Source: a virus
Virus record (IMG/VR): IMGVR_UViG_3300042545_001484
Location: 1 to 64,000 of that record
Strand: one strand, 5' to 3'
Length of the DNA: 64,000 nucleotides
How positions within the stretch are numbered: the first letter of the stretch is position 1; the number at the start of each line of letters is the position of its first letter. The notes below the pieces were generated by a model. The model saw nothing but the letters and a program-made list of their open reading frames with translations, did not search any database and was not told the origin of the DNA. The position numbers and the translations under genes are program-made. Shown piece after piece: positions 62,904 through 64,000 of this stretch.

Positions 62904-64000
62904 ATGGGAATCGAAACCGATCTAAATGTATCGCCATACTACGACGATGCCAATAATGCTATTAACGATAACTATCATCGTATTTTGTTTCGTCCTGCTG
63001 TCCCTATTCAGGCTCGCGAACTTACGCAGCTCCAGGATATTCTGCAGAATCAAGTTGAGCGTTTCGGCGACAATATCTTTACTTCAGGCACAATCATCAA
63101 GGGTTGTACGTTTAGCTACGATCTAAAGTATAACTACGTTAAAGTTCTAGACATTCGTCCAAACGACAGTCAGCCAGTACAGCCATCCAGCTATCCTGGA
63201 TTTATTGGCCACGAGCCAACCTCAAATCTATATGCTATCTGCGTAAACTATCAGGATGGTTACGAGTCGCAGGATCCAGACCTCAAGACCCTATACTTCA
63301 AGTATGTTAACAGCGGTGTCAATGGAGAAACTGAGTTTGCTCCTGGATCGCAGATTACTTTCTACGAAACAACTGATGTCGCCACAGCCATGGCTAACAA
63401 TGGCATCAATGCTGCTCAGTTTACTGATGGTGATGTCACCGTAGCTTCCGTTGCTGATGCAGTCGGTAGAGGCTACGCAATGACTGTTTCTTCTGGTGTT
63501 ATTTTCCAGAAAGGTCACTTTGTTCAGGTTCCTTCTTCTGAAACAGTAATCATATCCAAATATTCGACAACTCCAAGCAATGTTGTTGCTGGCTTCCTGA
63601 TCAGTGAGAATATCGTCACTGAATATCAAGACACCAATCTGCTTGATGGCGCTACTGGCTATAGCAATCTAAATGCTCCTGGAGCTCACCGTCTACAATT
63701 GATGCCTCAGCTGGTTGCATATGATATAGCAGACGCTCCGACAAATGGCTTCTTCTCGCTAGTTGAGTGGGAAAATGGCAATATCACTCGTTCTTTCCAA
63801 GAAACGCAATACAGTGTTATCGGGAACGAGATGGCTCGTCGTGAGTATGAGACCAACGGTAACTTCGTTGTTCGTCCATTCAATGTCACAATGCAAGATG
63901 CCAACACCACTCACAATATTGCTGTTGTTTCTGCTGGGCTTGCCTATATTGATGGTCACAGAGTTGAGACTCTAAACAACATCAATGTCCCTGTTCGTAA
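62904..64000 (+). CDS. virion structural protein, N-terminal 365 aa (3' end outside window; not in the ORF track because it has no stop)
   Basis: AAGAGGTAACA RBS then ATG 62904. Frame stays open to the window end. N-terminal YHRILFRPAVPIQARELTQLQDILQNQVERFGDNIF is a motif recalled from phage structural proteins. Confidence 0.6.
   Translation, partial: MGIETDLNVSPYYDDANNAINDNYHRILFRPAVPIQARELTQLQDILQNQVERFGDNIFTSGTIIKGCTFSYDLKYNYVKVLDIRPNDSQPVQPSSYPGFIGHEPTSNLYAICVNYQDGYESQDPDLKTLYFKYVNSGVNGETEFAPGSQITFYETTDVATAMANNGINAAQFTDGDVTVASVADAVGRGYAMTVSSGVIFQKGHFVQVPSSETVIISKYSTTPSNVVAGFLISENIVTEYQDTNLLDGATGYSNLNAPGAHRLQLMPQLVAYDIADAPTNGFFSLVEWENGNITRSFQETQYSVIGNEMARREYETNGNFVVRPFNVTMQDANTTHNIAVVSAGLAYIDGHRVETLNNINVPVR

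Overview
This window looks like a contiguous segment of a large T4-superfamily myovirus genome. GC is roughly 40-45 %, with no integrase and no sign of host flanks.

T4-type core genes seen (one partial at each window edge): NrdA (C-terminal part, runs off the 5' edge), NrdB, dCMP deaminase, a GIY-YIG homing endonuclease, PhoH, a gp32 single-strand DNA-binding protein, T4-type RNase H, a calcineurin-like phosphoesterase, and a gp4/gp2/gp3-like block on the minus strand. Structural genes include a gp5-like hub split into an OB+lytic-transglycosylase ORF and a beta-helix+M15-peptidase ORF, gp25-like and gp6/J-like baseplate proteins, and several tail-fibre-like ORFs (the last one runs off the 3' edge).

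About 25 tRNA genes sit in three clusters, together with a two-piece (circularly permuted) tmRNA whose tag is ANDNDVAFALAA (alpha-proteobacterial style).

At least 18 copies of a ~40-bp near-identical sigma70-like promoter (TTGCTT-N17-TAGAGT-GAATAATAGGA) lie on both strands in front of short early-type genes and the tRNA operons.

Accessory content that stands out:
- a curli-like secretion module (CsgF-like, CsgG, curlin-repeat protein) fused to a FecR-domain protein and a CHASE2 class-III nucleotidyl cyclase;
- a near-complete ADP-heptose pathway (GmhA, GHMP sugar kinase, GmhB-like phosphatase, HldD-like epimerase, glycosyltransferase, plus an HldE domain-II-like nucleotidyltransferase 20 kb away);
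- a radical-SAM/SPASM enzyme inside the tRNA cluster;
- an SPFH lipoprotein with a small membrane partner, a sulfotransferase-like protein, a GapR-like nucleoid protein, a SleB-type endolysin with an N-terminal signal-anchor, an outer-membrane beta-barrel protein, and a SpeD-like AdoMet decarboxylase.

The tmRNA tag and the GapR homolog suggest an alpha-proteobacterial host; that is inference. All calls come from reading the sequence and translations by eye. No database search was run.
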